Below, in pieces: positions 36,476 through 46,520 of a stretch of DNA of 64,000 nt. The notes under the pieces are model-generated. The model did not search any database and had not been told where the DNA came from. It worked only from the letters and a program-made list of their open reading frames with translations. Numbering within the stretch: position 1 is the first letter of the stretch; the number at the start of each line of letters is the position of its first letter. A program made the position numbers and the translations under genes. Origin of the DNA: an uncultured Gammaproteobacteria bacterium. GTDB lineage: Bacteria > Patescibacteriota > Microgenomatia > Levybacterales > GWA1-39-11. The stretch is from positions 28,105 to 92,104 of the forward strand of contig CAYMYC010000002.1 in the NCBI GenBank assembly GCA_964394645.1, written 5' to 3'.

Positions 36476-37088
36476 ATTCGCTTATTTGGGATTTTTTTGG
36501 CATAACCCAAATTTGTTGAGATTTAAAGTCTGGCATAGTATGGAGATGGGAAGATAGGTAATTTGCGATTTTTCGGGGCGATCTTATTCCTCTGATAACA
36601 AATTCTTCTTGATGGGTAGGTCTGTCAAATGTTATTACAACATTGCCTAAATCTAAAAGCTCAGAGACAAATCCATAAAGCTCTGCGTCTATTTCAGTAC
36701 ATCTGATTTGATCAAGAAGAACGGAATTTGAAACTTCTGAAAAAAGAGGGTTATATTTTATCTCAATAACTTTTCTGCTTGTGATTATATATAAGTGAAA
36801 ATACCAGTGAATAACTTCCCTTATAATCGTGCCGCTTCCTACTAACGTAAATACAGAAAAAATAGCACAAGAAAGTAGTACATCTCTTAACAGAAAATAA
36901 GAAAGTCCGGTAAAAAGCGTATTTATCAGAAGCGCAAAAGTAGTCATTTGGAGGAGCCTTATAAATAATTCAGCTGCATGTTCACGTACTGCCAGAATTA
37001 GTTTTTCATCAGGAAAAGTTAAGAATTTTATAACCTCATCCTGTTCCAGGGTTTCTTTTAAGAAGGTTTTACTTAATATCTCATTCAT
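36453..37088 (-). CDS. Membrane protein with two TM helices and a PH-like (YdbS/YdbT-type) C-terminal region
   Basis: A TM hairpin (FALLINTLFTGLSYFLL ... LSCAIFSVFTLVGSG) is followed by a beta-rich region, and no motifs are present. Confidence 0.35.
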   Translation of the reverse strand: MNEILSKTFLKETLEQDEVIKFLTFPDEKLILAVREHAAELFIRLLQMTTFALLINTLFTGLSYFLLRDVLLSCAIFSVFTLVGSGTIIREVIHWYFHLYIITSRKVIEIKYNPLFSEVSNSVLLDQIRCTEIDAELYGFVSELLDLGNVVITFDRPTHQEEFVIRGIRSPRKIANYLSSHLHTMPDFKSQQIWVMPKKSQISEYGTQLHN

Positions 37089-37262
37089 GCATTCTATTGT
37101 ATTCCTTGATGAGCAAATCGTCTGTAATATAGATCACTAAATAAGTGTAAGATTAGGCACTTCACAAAAGCAGTATGTAAAAATTGAAGAAACAAATGAA
37201 TAAAATTGTTATAATACTGAAGGGATAGAAAGAATAGTTGGAAAAGTACTATATACGAATAT

Positions 37263-38828
37263 ATGCAGATGTCTATTAATCAATACACAAAAGAATTATT
37301 TAAGTATTTTATTAAGGAGGAAAAGAAGCTTCAAAAGCAAGGTTTAACCGTTAATCCTATTGTTTCAGAAATCGCATCATGGTATGAAAAATTAAGAAAC
37401 GCAATGGAATACCGGCAGGATGAGGTATTGCTTCAATCTACAATATTACGAATAATTAAACGAAGAATTTTATTGGGTGGTGGCAAAGGGGTTGCGGGAC
37501 CACTTGTTCGTGAATTGATATGGGCACGTTACCTTCCAGACGGAAGCGTTACGGAAGATTTAATTCATGCCGCGCAAGACAAAATAGACACATATCTTAA
37601 GTTGAGGCGCTATATTATAGATAATAAAATCCTAAAAGATGGTGAGGCAACAAAGCTAGTATACGATCTTCTTTCATCTGATCTTGAAAATCTTCTTAAT
37701 CCAAGACCTGACCGTGAGGCTATGGCAAACTATATTTTTCATTCGCTACATCCAAATATAACACTTGAGAATGAAACAGAAGATACACTTAATGTGCAAT
37801 TGTTTATTGCAATAAGACGATCTTACACGAAGGATAATTTAGCCCTCTTGCGATTTAACCTTTTCAAGCAATATTTTGGAGGGGTAACAAGTGATAGTTT
37901 TGAAAAAGTCTCAGTAGGTTTTTCAGAAGCGTTTGCGAGTATTGAGCGAGCAATTGAACACCCGCTTAGATATAAAATTGCAAATTATGTAAAAAAATAT
38001 ATCCCTCCTTTTTTAATTCTTGAAGATATTATAAGAACTCAGGAGGGGAATATTTACACACTTATTGAGAATGAAGAAGAATTTTCAAACGTGGTAATTT
38101 CAACATGCGAGAAGAAGTATAGTGGTATTGCATCAAAAGTCAGGCGGGCGATTGTAAGATCAGTTGTTTTTATATTAATATCTAAGGTTCTTTTCGCCTT
38201 TGTTATAGAAGGAACGTATGAGAAATATGCATATGGGCATATTCAGTGGTTGACTTTGGGTTTGAATATTGTAGCTCCTGTGTCTCTTATGATAATTGCA
38301 AGCTTTTTTATAACTACTCCAAACAGAAGTAATTCTTTAAGAATCCTTCATGCTATCCGTGAGTTGATGTTTTCCGTGGAGCCTAGGATTGGATACTCAA
38401 TTACTTTTCAGGATCCTTCAAAAAAGAAAAACACGCTTTCGGACATTATCTTTACCATATTGTGGTTTACCACGTTCCTTATCAGTTTTGGCTTTATTGT
38501 ATTTGTTTTAACAAAACTAGACTTTAATATCATAAGCCAGGGTATATTCCTGTTCTTTATTGCGATAGTATCTTTCCTGTCTTACCGTATAAGTCAAACT
38601 GCTCATATTTATACGCTTGAGGATAAACAAAGTATTAAAACTCTTGTTGCAGACTTCTTTTTCTTACCTGTTGCCCGAGTAGGTATGTATCTAACAGAGG
38701 GAATTTCGCAAGTGAATATAATTCTTTTCTTATTTGATTTTGTGATAGAGACTCCTTTTAAAGGGCTTTTTGGATTTTTTGATCAGTGGTTTTTATATCT
38801 TCATTCAAAGCGAGAGAATCTGGAGTAA
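37263..38828 (+). CDS. Hypothetical polytopic membrane protein (a soluble N-terminal half and about 6 C-terminal TM helices)
   Basis: Call based on hydrophobicity only. Confidence 0.4.
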   Translation: MQMSINQYTKELFKYFIKEEKKLQKQGLTVNPIVSEIASWYEKLRNAMEYRQDEVLLQSTILRIIKRRILLGGGKGVAGPLVRELIWARYLPDGSVTEDLIHAAQDKIDTYLKLRRYIIDNKILKDGEATKLVYDLLSSDLENLLNPRPDREAMANYIFHSLHPNITLENETEDTLNVQLFIAIRRSYTKDNLALLRFNLFKQYFGGVTSDSFEKVSVGFSEAFASIERAIEHPLRYKIANYVKKYIPPFLILEDIIRTQEGNIYTLIENEEEFSNVVISTCEKKYSGIASKVRRAIVRSVVFILISKVLFAFVIEGTYEKYAYGHIQWLTLGLNIVAPVSLMIIASFFITTPNRSNSLRILHAIRELMFSVEPRIGYSITFQDPSKKKNTLSDIIFTILWFTTFLISFGFIVFVLTKLDFNIISQGIFLFFIAIVSFLSYRISQTAHIYTLEDKQSIKTLVADFFFLPVARVGMYLTEGISQVNIILFLFDFVIETPFKGLFGFFDQWFLYLHSKRENLE

Positions 38829-38860
38829 TCCGCGGCATATTTTCGTATAATAAGAAGAGA

Positions 38861-40126
38861 ATGGTTGAGCGGTCTGAGTTAGTTCGAATTTTATTCAATA
38901 CTGTTTCACAGATTACTGTCCGTTTTTCAGGGACTATTACTACTTTTCTGACTACTCTACTTATACTTTCAGTTTTGGGAGTCTCAAGTTTGGGAAGTTT
39001 TGTGAAAATTACATCTTTTGTTGCTCTTTTTTATATTCTTATTGACTTTGGACTAAACACTATATACCTCAGAGATCATTTTGAGAAAACGGAAGATTTT
39101 TTTGGAAATCTAATATTTTTAAGGCTACTTCTTTCATTAGGTGTATTTTTACTTGTTTGCTGTGTTATAGTCTTTACTCCATCCGGTTTTTCTTTTGGGT
39201 TTTCGAATTCTGAGAAATTAGGAGTATTCATATACTCTCTTACTCTTTTTACTGAAGGCATACTTATTTCTTTTTCGGGGCTAACACAAAAAAAACTGCT
39301 TCAAAAAACATTAATTTTTCCAAGCATCATATCTTCAATAGTAGTTTTAATTTTAGTAGTGTTAGGTGTCATATCATCAAACATTTTTCTGATACTACTT
39401 GCATACCCAATTGGTGAGTTGGTGCAAATATTATTCCTTTTGTATTTTGTAAAGAAAAGTATTTTATTTACGATTTTACCAAGCTCGTTTTATTCTTTTT
39501 CAAAAAAAACACTTATAGCAAGTGTTCCGTTGGCTCTCATGTTATTTTTAAATGTTGTTTATTTTAGAGTTGATACTATTATCCTATCAATGTATAAATC
39601 AAATATAGATGTTGGCGTATACGGTTTTTCATATAAGATCTTTGAATTTTTATTAGTTATACCGACATTTCTATCATCGAGTGTTTTTCCAATACTTATT
39701 CTACATAAAAATAACGCATATGAATTTAAGAAAAGAGTAAGGTCATATTTTGCTATTCTGTTAGGAATTTCAGTATGCATGTCAACTCTTGTTTTCCTAT
39801 TAGCTCCTTTTTTAGTTTATTTTAAAAATGATATTGCAGCTTCCCAAACTACGCTTCAAATACTTTCATTTTCACTGCCGTTTTTTTTCTTGACAAGCCT
39901 TATGCAGTGGGTATTATTATTGAAAGGAAAAATATTGAGTTTAATTCTTATATATTTTCTAACAATGTTTGTGAATATAACATTGAATGTGGTGCTTGTT
40001 CCAACTTTTTCGTATAATGCATCAGCTGCAGTTACCGTAGTTACAGAAATTCTTGTTTTTTGCGGTATGATTCCCGCATTTACATTTGCGTGCATGGAAA
40101 AATCTACGAAACGTATGAGCAAATAG
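38861..40126 (+). CDS. MOP-superfamily flippase (Wzx/MurJ-like polysaccharide or lipid II flippase)
   Basis: About 12 predicted TM helices and the characteristic length. The start codon is uncertain, and the ORF track's 38786 start overlaps the upstream gene. Confidence 0.45.
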   Translation: MVERSELVRILFNTVSQITVRFSGTITTFLTTLLILSVLGVSSLGSFVKITSFVALFYILIDFGLNTIYLRDHFEKTEDFFGNLIFLRLLLSLGVFLLVCCVIVFTPSGFSFGFSNSEKLGVFIYSLTLFTEGILISFSGLTQKKLLQKTLIFPSIISSIVVLILVVLGVISSNIFLILLAYPIGELVQILFLLYFVKKSILFTILPSSFYSFSKKTLIASVPLALMLFLNVVYFRVDTIILSMYKSNIDVGVYGFSYKIFEFLLVIPTFLSSSVFPILILHKNNAYEFKKRVRSYFAILLGISVCMSTLVFLLAPFLVYFKNDIAASQTTLQILSFSLPFFFLTSLMQWVLLLKGKILSLILIYFLTMFVNITLNVVLVPTFSYNASAAVTVVTEILVFCGMIPAFTFACMEKSTKRMSK

Positions 40127-40127
40127 T

Positions 40128-40535
40128 ATGATACTTACAATTTTTTGCGATGGAGGTAGTCGAAATAATCCAGGAGATGCTGCGTATGGATTCGTGGTTT
40201 ATAAAGAGGGAAAAGAAATTTTTAAAAATGGAGAAAAGATAGGAATTGCAACAAATAATGTCGCTGAATATACAGCAATTGTAAAGGCATTAATTTGGGT
40301 AAAAGAAAACATGACTACCTCCACAGAAGTTCACTTTTTTTTAGACTCAGCGCTTGCGGTAAATCAAATGAAGGGGATTTTTAAGGTGAGAAATGAAGGT
40401 CTTAGGAGTTTATATTTTACCGTTAAGTCATTGGAGAAAATAATGGGTATTAAAACGGTGTATACAGCAATTCCTCGTGAAAAAAATAAAGAAGCAGATC
40501 GTATGGTTAACCTGGCGCTTGATGGTAAAATTTAA
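40128..40535 (+). CDS. rnhA: Ribonuclease HI
   Basis: FCDGGSRNNPG and ATNNVAEYTAI carry the RNase H catalytic D/E context. It is 135 aa. Confidence 0.7.
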   Translation: MILTIFCDGGSRNNPGDAAYGFVVYKEGKEIFKNGEKIGIATNNVAEYTAIVKALIWVKENMTTSTEVHFFLDSALAVNQMKGIFKVRNEGLRSLYFTVKSLEKIMGIKTVYTAIPREKNKEADRMVNLALDGKI

Positions 40536-40553
40536 TTCTTCTACAATAAGATC

Positions 40554-43190
40554 ATGTCCCACCATCTTGTAGTTGAAGAAGTGCAAAAAACTCTCCCCCC
40601 CATTTTATTAATTGATACGAATTCTGGTCTTAAGAATACACTATTAAATCTACTTGTAAAAAAGATAGGAGATAATAGCAAAATATATGTTTTGAGCTCA
40701 AAGAATGTAGAGGGAATATATGAACGAATATCTCCTTTAGGAGCATATTTTTTTGATCATCTTTCTGATGACCTAGGTCATTCAGTTATATTTCTTGATG
40801 ATATTTCTCAAAAGAAAAAAGTACTTGAAATAATTTCTAAGTTAGCAGTTCGGAAAACAAGGGTAGTAATTGTCATTCCTTACAGAGTAGTTGAGCACTT
40901 TATAGATGTAATGCTCGTTTTAAAGGATAATAAAAACGTAATTATTGCCCTTCTTGGTGATATTTATGGAAATAGTAACCAGAAAACTCCTCTTTCTCAA
41001 ATTATCAAGTCTGCTGTAGTTGATAAGGTGATAACGATTTCAGGGAATGACCTTATGAAAGTTTTTCCTATATCAGACGTTGATGCGGTTACATCAATTG
41101 AGTATTTACTTTTTGGCGTAAGAAATCCTGTTTTTATATACAATCTTTTTTATAAATCTCCTCAAACGTTCACTTCTCTAATTCATATATTAAAGCGACA
41201 AGAGCCCGAGCTTGCGGTAATTTATGATGAGAATTCAGAGAAAGATGCGCTTTTTGTAAAAAAAGACAAGGCGCAACTAATCAAAGAGAGACTTGCAGTT
41301 ACCCCTCAGTATGTAGAGTATGGGACTGGATTTGAGAAAAGTATAGAGCACTTAGATATAATAAAACAGCAGACCACAAAAGGGGAAAATAAAAAAAATC
41401 ATAATAATGTATATTTTTTAAAAAAGTTACTGAAGATATTTAAATTTTTACTTATCGGATTTTTTATTTACGCATTCCTAACGGCTTTTTTATTTTTAAT
41501 AAGTATAGTTACATTTAATATAGGAGCTAAAGAAGTAACAAAGGGAAATTTTTCTGATGCTAGTAAATACCTATCTGTAAGTAATATTTTGTACAATGCT
41601 ACAAATAAAAGTGTTTCAGTATTTGTTGTTTTACCTTCAGAGTTAACGCAAGGTAAAATTAGGGATCAGGTAGTTGTATTTGGAGATATAGTGCAGATTT
41701 CCAATGAAATAATTTTAGTACTTTCGGACTTTGAAAAGAATGACGAGACAATATCGCAGGAGAAATTAAAAAAAGCTTTTTCTACGTTTACTCAATTATA
41801 TTTTCTTCTTGAAAAGTCAGATATCCCCGAATATGGTAAAAGTACTATTCTCTCACTTCTCTCCAGCTCATCAAGTGTTCTTCCTCTTTTGCCAGTTATG
41901 CCATCTTTGCTGGGTTTTGAAGATGAAAAAACATATCTCTTGCTATTTCAAAACAATACAGAGCTTAGACCGACAGGTGGTTTTATTGGATCAGTTGGTA
42001 AATTAACCATTAAAAACGGAAAAATTAAAAACTTAAAAATTCAGGATGTATACGATTTAGACGGACAGTTAAGAGGACATATTGAACCCCATTTTATTGT
42101 TCGTAGGTATCTTCAGCCGCATTTGTATCTTAGGGACAGTAATTTTTCTCCGGATTTTTCTGCGTCAGCGAGTATGTCTGCTTTGTTATACAATTTGGAA
42201 GGTGGAGGAGAGGTGCACGGAGTTATAGCTGTAGATACAACTGTTCTTATAGAAGCATTAAAAATATCAGGACCAATAACTTTACCCTCAGGAGACAAGG
42301 TAACAAGTGAGAACGTTGTTAATCTACTAGACAAAACAATACATGAAGATTTTTTCCCAGGATCTAGCACTAAGAAAGATACGCTCAATACTCTTTTCAA
42401 TAAAATTACTGTTTTGTTTGAAAACGATAAACAAAAAAAAACTAAACTTGCTCGTGCACTCCTGCAGCTTGCATTCCAGAAGCATATACTATTTTCATTT
42501 ATTAATAACTCTACCCAAAAAGCTTTTGTAGGGGCAGGTCTTGCGGGAAGCATGTTAGACCCAAGAGATGAAAATGGGGCAGTAGCCGATTTCTTATCTA
42601 TAAATGAAGCTAATATAGGAGTCAATAAAGCAAACTCGCATATAAAAAGAAAGGTTTTGTATTCTGCATATGTTAAGCCTGGGGTTCTTGAATCTGATGT
42701 TCTTGTTGAATATGCAAACGAAGGGAGTCAGGAGTACAAAGTATATATACGTTTTCTTGTTCCTCAAGACGCACAAGAGATAAGCATATTTATTGATGGG
42801 GTAAAGCAGGAGATTATTCCTGCTGTGACTTCCTCTTCTCAGTATGAGAAGAAAGGGTTTCGACAGCCAGTAGGTCTTGAGGTCGATGAGGAAATTGATG
42901 CAAACAAACACAAAGCAATAGGCTTTATCACTACAATTCCACCACACAAGACAAGCCGGGTGAGGGTTTTGTATGGCAATACGAAGATAGTTCCAAAAAC
43001 AAAAAAGATCCCCTACTCTCTTCTTTATATAAAGCAACCTGGAACAGATAAATATCCGTTAACTATTCAATTGCAATCCGATCCGAGGTTTACAGTAAGT
43101 AGCAAGGGAAGCGAAGATGTTATATTGTTTAATGATTATATTTTAGGAGACAAAGAATTTACAAGAGAATTAATACAGGTAAAGGATTAA
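40554..43190 (+). CDS. Large membrane-anchored extracytoplasmic protein, DUF4012-like
   Basis: A single TM helix at about residue 300 follows a soluble N-terminus. The LLFQNNTELRPTGGFIGSVG motif is reminiscent of DUF4012. Confidence 0.45.
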   Translation: MSHHLVVEEVQKTLPPILLIDTNSGLKNTLLNLLVKKIGDNSKIYVLSSKNVEGIYERISPLGAYFFDHLSDDLGHSVIFLDDISQKKKVLEIISKLAVRKTRVVIVIPYRVVEHFIDVMLVLKDNKNVIIALLGDIYGNSNQKTPLSQIIKSAVVDKVITISGNDLMKVFPISDVDAVTSIEYLLFGVRNPVFIYNLFYKSPQTFTSLIHILKRQEPELAVIYDENSEKDALFVKKDKAQLIKERLAVTPQYVEYGTGFEKSIEHLDIIKQQTTKGENKKNHNNVYFLKKLLKIFKFLLIGFFIYAFLTAFLFLISIVTFNIGAKEVTKGNFSDASKYLSVSNILYNATNKSVSVFVVLPSELTQGKIRDQVVVFGDIVQISNEIILVLSDFEKNDETISQEKLKKAFSTFTQLYFLLEKSDIPEYGKSTILSLLSSSSSVLPLLPVMPSLLGFEDEKTYLLLFQNNTELRPTGGFIGSVGKLTIKNGKIKNLKIQDVYDLDGQLRGHIEPHFIVRRYLQPHLYLRDSNFSPDFSASASMSALLYNLEGGGEVHGVIAVDTTVLIEALKISGPITLPSGDKVTSENVVNLLDKTIHEDFFPGSSTKKDTLNTLFNKITVLFENDKQKKTKLARALLQLAFQKHILFSFINNSTQKAFVGAGLAGSMLDPRDENGAVADFLSINEANIGVNKANSHIKRKVLYSAYVKPGVLESDVLVEYANEGSQEYKVYIRFLVPQDAQEISIFIDGVKQEIIPAVTSSSQYEKKGFRQPVGLEVDEEIDANKHKAIGFITTIPPHKTSRVRVLYGNTKIVPKTKKIPYSLLYIKQPGTDKYPLTIQLQSDPRFTVSSKGSEDVILFNDYILGDKEFTRELIQVKD

Positions 43191-43216
43191 ACTATGGTTT
43201 GCTTGAATAGTACTTT

Positions 43217-44272
43217 TTAGTTGCTAAATTCTTGAACAAACATTTTTCCATATACTCCCGCATCAATAACTCCTACTCCAACTTTAATAAATGATGTATC
43301 CAAAATATTTTTTCTATGTCCATCACTTTTCATAAGCCCTGACATTGCCAGGTCCACCTCTGGTGCAAAAGCTAAGTTTTCAGCTGCGCTTGTGTATGAA
43401 ATTGAGTTATTTTCTAGCCTATCAAAAGGAGATAGGCCCTCAGGTGTATAATGTGAAAAATATCCCCGAACTAGCATATCTTTCGCGTGTGCGCGTGCGT
43501 CTTGTGTGAGTGCCCTATCAAATATGAGTGGGTCTATACCCTTCTTCTCTCTCTCTGCGTTTATAAGAGCAATCATTTTTTTTTCTGATGTACTATCAAC
43601 TGTCCCATTATTTGTTTTAAAATGGAGAGTAACTGTGCTGTCTGCATCAGGTTTTATTGTTAAAAAATTTAGGCTTTCGGATATTGCTCCTCCAAAAATT
43701 CGTCGTGTTGCAAGTTCAAAAGACAGAGTTCTTGTAAATATAAGCCGCCCCGTAAGGGAAGATTTAATTTGAGATTTTATTGCAATCGAAACAGGAAAGG
43801 ATAAAAGGACAGAGACGATAAAGGAGCAAATAAGTAAAAATGAAAGCACACCGAAAGCTCCTCCTAAAAGCCTCGAAGACATATTTGGAAATACCAACGA
43901 TGTTCTTCTGGTAAAGTATGCAATAACATTTGAGGTAACAGCGTATAGTGCTACAGCAATAAGTATAAACGAGAGAGCATCAGATATTCCTTTTGAAAGT
44001 GAAAATGCAGAAATTAATAAAGATGCAAGGTGCGGGTAGAATAACAATCCGCCAATAAACGCTGCTACGGTAGCTGCAAGATTTGTCAGGGCAGGTAGTG
44101 CTCCTAGTGAGGCCTCTTCAAACACATAAAAAATAAATGCGACAATCAGGATGATATCAAAAATATTTATAGGAAGTGAGAATAATAATGATACCAATGC
44201 GTGATAAACGTTTAAAAATTCCATAAAATTTGAATCTTGGTATAAAAACACATATAATTTATCTAAACACAT
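43217..44272 (-). CDS. CvpA-family membrane protein fused to a C-terminal CAP/SCP (PR-1-like) domain
   Basis: An N-terminal 4-TM CvpA-like region is followed by the C-terminal GYFSHYTPEG ... AENLAF ... GHRKNIL CAP-domain motifs. Confidence 0.5.
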   Translation of the reverse strand: MCLDKLYVFLYQDSNFMEFLNVYHALVSLLFSLPINIFDIILIVAFIFYVFEEASLGALPALTNLAATVAAFIGGLLFYPHLASLLISAFSLSKGISDALSFILIAVALYAVTSNVIAYFTRRTSLVFPNMSSRLLGGAFGVLSFLLICSFIVSVLLSFPVSIAIKSQIKSSLTGRLIFTRTLSFELATRRIFGGAISESLNFLTIKPDADSTVTLHFKTNNGTVDSTSEKKMIALINAEREKKGIDPLIFDRALTQDARAHAKDMLVRGYFSHYTPEGLSPFDRLENNSISYTSAAENLAFAPEVDLAMSGLMKSDGHRKNILDTSFIKVGVGVIDAGVYGKMFVQEFSN

Positions 44273-44340
44273 TAGGTGATGCGATATATATTATATACAG
44301 AATTTATATCCAACTCCACCGCGTACATAAGCTCCCTACC

Positions 44341-46503
44341 ATGAAAGAACGAATAAAGAAAACCTATATATATACGCACTGGAAAAGAATAGCAGTTATC
44401 GTTTTCGCTGTAGCGTTTATTATTTTTGCTTACTTTTATGTGTTAAAAGATATTCCAACGACCGCAACTATAGGGAATCGCAATTTCCCACAATCATCAA
44501 AAATTTATGACAGAAATGGAAAATTACTCTATACTATTTATACCTCTAAAAATCAAACATTTGTTCCGTTGTCAAAAATTCCCAAAAATTTACAGAAGGC
44601 AACTATTGCGATTGAAGATAAAGATTTCTATAATCACGGACCAGTAGATATTCGAGGGATAGTAAGAGCCGCATACTCTACTCTTGTAAAAAAACAAACA
44701 CAAGGAGGTTCTACTCTTACTCAACAGCTTGTAAAGACAACATTGCTTACTCCAGAGCAAACAATTCAGCGGAAAATTAAAGAAGTTATACTTTCTTTTA
44801 TTGTTGAGGAAACGCATTCTAAGGATTCAATTTTGGAGATGTATTTAAACCAGGTACCATATGGTGGTACTGCTTATGGAGTGCAGGCAGCAAGCCAAGT
44901 ATACTTTGATAAGCCAGTTTCAAAGCTTAATCTTGCTGAATCAGCATTTTTAGCAGGTCTTCCAGAAGCCCCTTCTCTATACTCGCCTTTTGGGTCACAC
45001 CCGGAGGCGGCAAAGCGACGTCAGGAGGAAATACTAAGAAAAATGTATGAGCAAAAGTATATTTCAAAGAAACAAATGGGAAATGCCCTAAAAGAGAATC
45101 TTAAATTTACAAAAATTAGAGATAGAATTCTTGCGCCCCATTTTGTTTTTTATGTGAAAGACTTGTTGGTGCAAAAATATGGACAAAAGATGGTCGAGCA
45201 AGGAGGGCTTCAAGTAACTACAACTTTAGATCTTGCACTTCAGGAATATGCTCAGGCATCTTTATCTGCTGAAATTGAGGATTCCTCACAGTACAAAATT
45301 ACAAACGGTGCAGCATTGGTAACGCAACCCGGAACAGGAGAGATACTGGCTATGATAGGTTCAAAAAATTATTTTGATACTGAGCAAGATGGGAATGTAA
45401 ATGTTGCTCTTTCAAAAAGGCAACCAGGTTCATCTATAAAGCCAATTAACTACGCAACTGGATTAGTAAAAGGATTTACAGCTGCAACACCATTTGTCGA
45501 TGAAAGGACTTGTTTCAATAATGTCGGACAGCCTGATTATTGTCCTGTTAATTATGATGGTAAATTTCATGGTGTGCAGCAGATGAGGTATTCATTGGGC
45601 AACTCGTATAATATTCCAGCAGTTAAGATGCTTAAGGCAAATGGAATTGATGCGATGATTGCTACAGCTTCTGCAATGGGAATAACAACTTTTACAGATC
45701 CGGAAAGGTATGGATTATCCCTTACTTTAGGAGGAGGAGAAGTTACGATGCTTAATTTGGCAGAGGCATTTGGTGTGTTTGCAAACGGGGGGTATAAAAT
45801 TCCTCTTACTCCAATTTTAAAGGTGACAAATGGCAGCGGGAAAGTATTGGAGCAGTACGTTCCACCAAGCAGTCCAATATTTGGTGAGAAAGTTCTTCCA
45901 AGTGGGGTTGCGTTCATCGTCTCCCACATGTTGCAAGACAATAGTGCAAGAACCGCAGCCTTTGGACCGTCGTCAGTATTAAAAGTTAAAAACTATCCGA
46001 TTTCAGTAAAGACAGGGACAACAAATGACTATAGAGATAATTGGACTATTGGATATTCTCCTTCCTATGTAGTTGCTGTCTGGGTTGGGAATAATGATAA
46101 TACTCCTATGAGTGGGATAGTCTCAGGCGTATCAGGTGCTGCTCCTATCTGGCGATCTGTAATGGACTATATGGTTGAAAAAAATCCTCCGAAGGCTCTT
46201 ATTCAGCCAGACAATGTTGTAGGTCTTACAGTTTGTGCAGATTCAGGTCTTTTACCCCCTCCTGATGGAACACCGGATAGGTGCCCCACTAGATATGAGT
46301 ATTTTGTAAAGGGTACACAGCCAAAACAAACTGATCCTGGAAAACAAAAGGTACAAGTTGATAAAGATACTCATGATCTTCCACCAAAAGGTAAAACTGA
46401 CAATCTAGTAGAGGAGGATCATAGAGTTATAACCGACGTTACTGGAGATAGATATTGCGTTGATTGTCCACATCCTCAACCATCTCCCTCTCCAAATCCT
46501 TAA
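44341..46503 (+). CDS. Class A penicillin-binding protein (PBP1A-type transglycosylase/transpeptidase)
   Basis: The GT51 motifs are EDKDFYNHGPVD and GGSTLTQQL. The transpeptidase motifs are SGSSIKP (SxxK) and KTGTT. The preferred start is the ATG at 44341. Confidence 0.85.
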   Translation: MKERIKKTYIYTHWKRIAVIVFAVAFIIFAYFYVLKDIPTTATIGNRNFPQSSKIYDRNGKLLYTIYTSKNQTFVPLSKIPKNLQKATIAIEDKDFYNHGPVDIRGIVRAAYSTLVKKQTQGGSTLTQQLVKTTLLTPEQTIQRKIKEVILSFIVEETHSKDSILEMYLNQVPYGGTAYGVQAASQVYFDKPVSKLNLAESAFLAGLPEAPSLYSPFGSHPEAAKRRQEEILRKMYEQKYISKKQMGNALKENLKFTKIRDRILAPHFVFYVKDLLVQKYGQKMVEQGGLQVTTTLDLALQEYAQASLSAEIEDSSQYKITNGAALVTQPGTGEILAMIGSKNYFDTEQDGNVNVALSKRQPGSSIKPINYATGLVKGFTAATPFVDERTCFNNVGQPDYCPVNYDGKFHGVQQMRYSLGNSYNIPAVKMLKANGIDAMIATASAMGITTFTDPERYGLSLTLGGGEVTMLNLAEAFGVFANGGYKIPLTPILKVTNGSGKVLEQYVPPSSPIFGEKVLPSGVAFIVSHMLQDNSARTAAFGPSSVLKVKNYPISVKTGTTNDYRDNWTIGYSPSYVVAVWVGNNDNTPMSGIVSGVSGAAPIWRSVMDYMVEKNPPKALIQPDNVVGLTVCADSGLLPPPDGTPDRCPTRYEYFVKGTQPKQTDPGKQKVQVDKDTHDLPPKGKTDNLVEEDHRVITDVTGDRYCVDCPHPQPSPSPNP

Positions 46504-46520
46504 AATTTTTACTGCTAAAA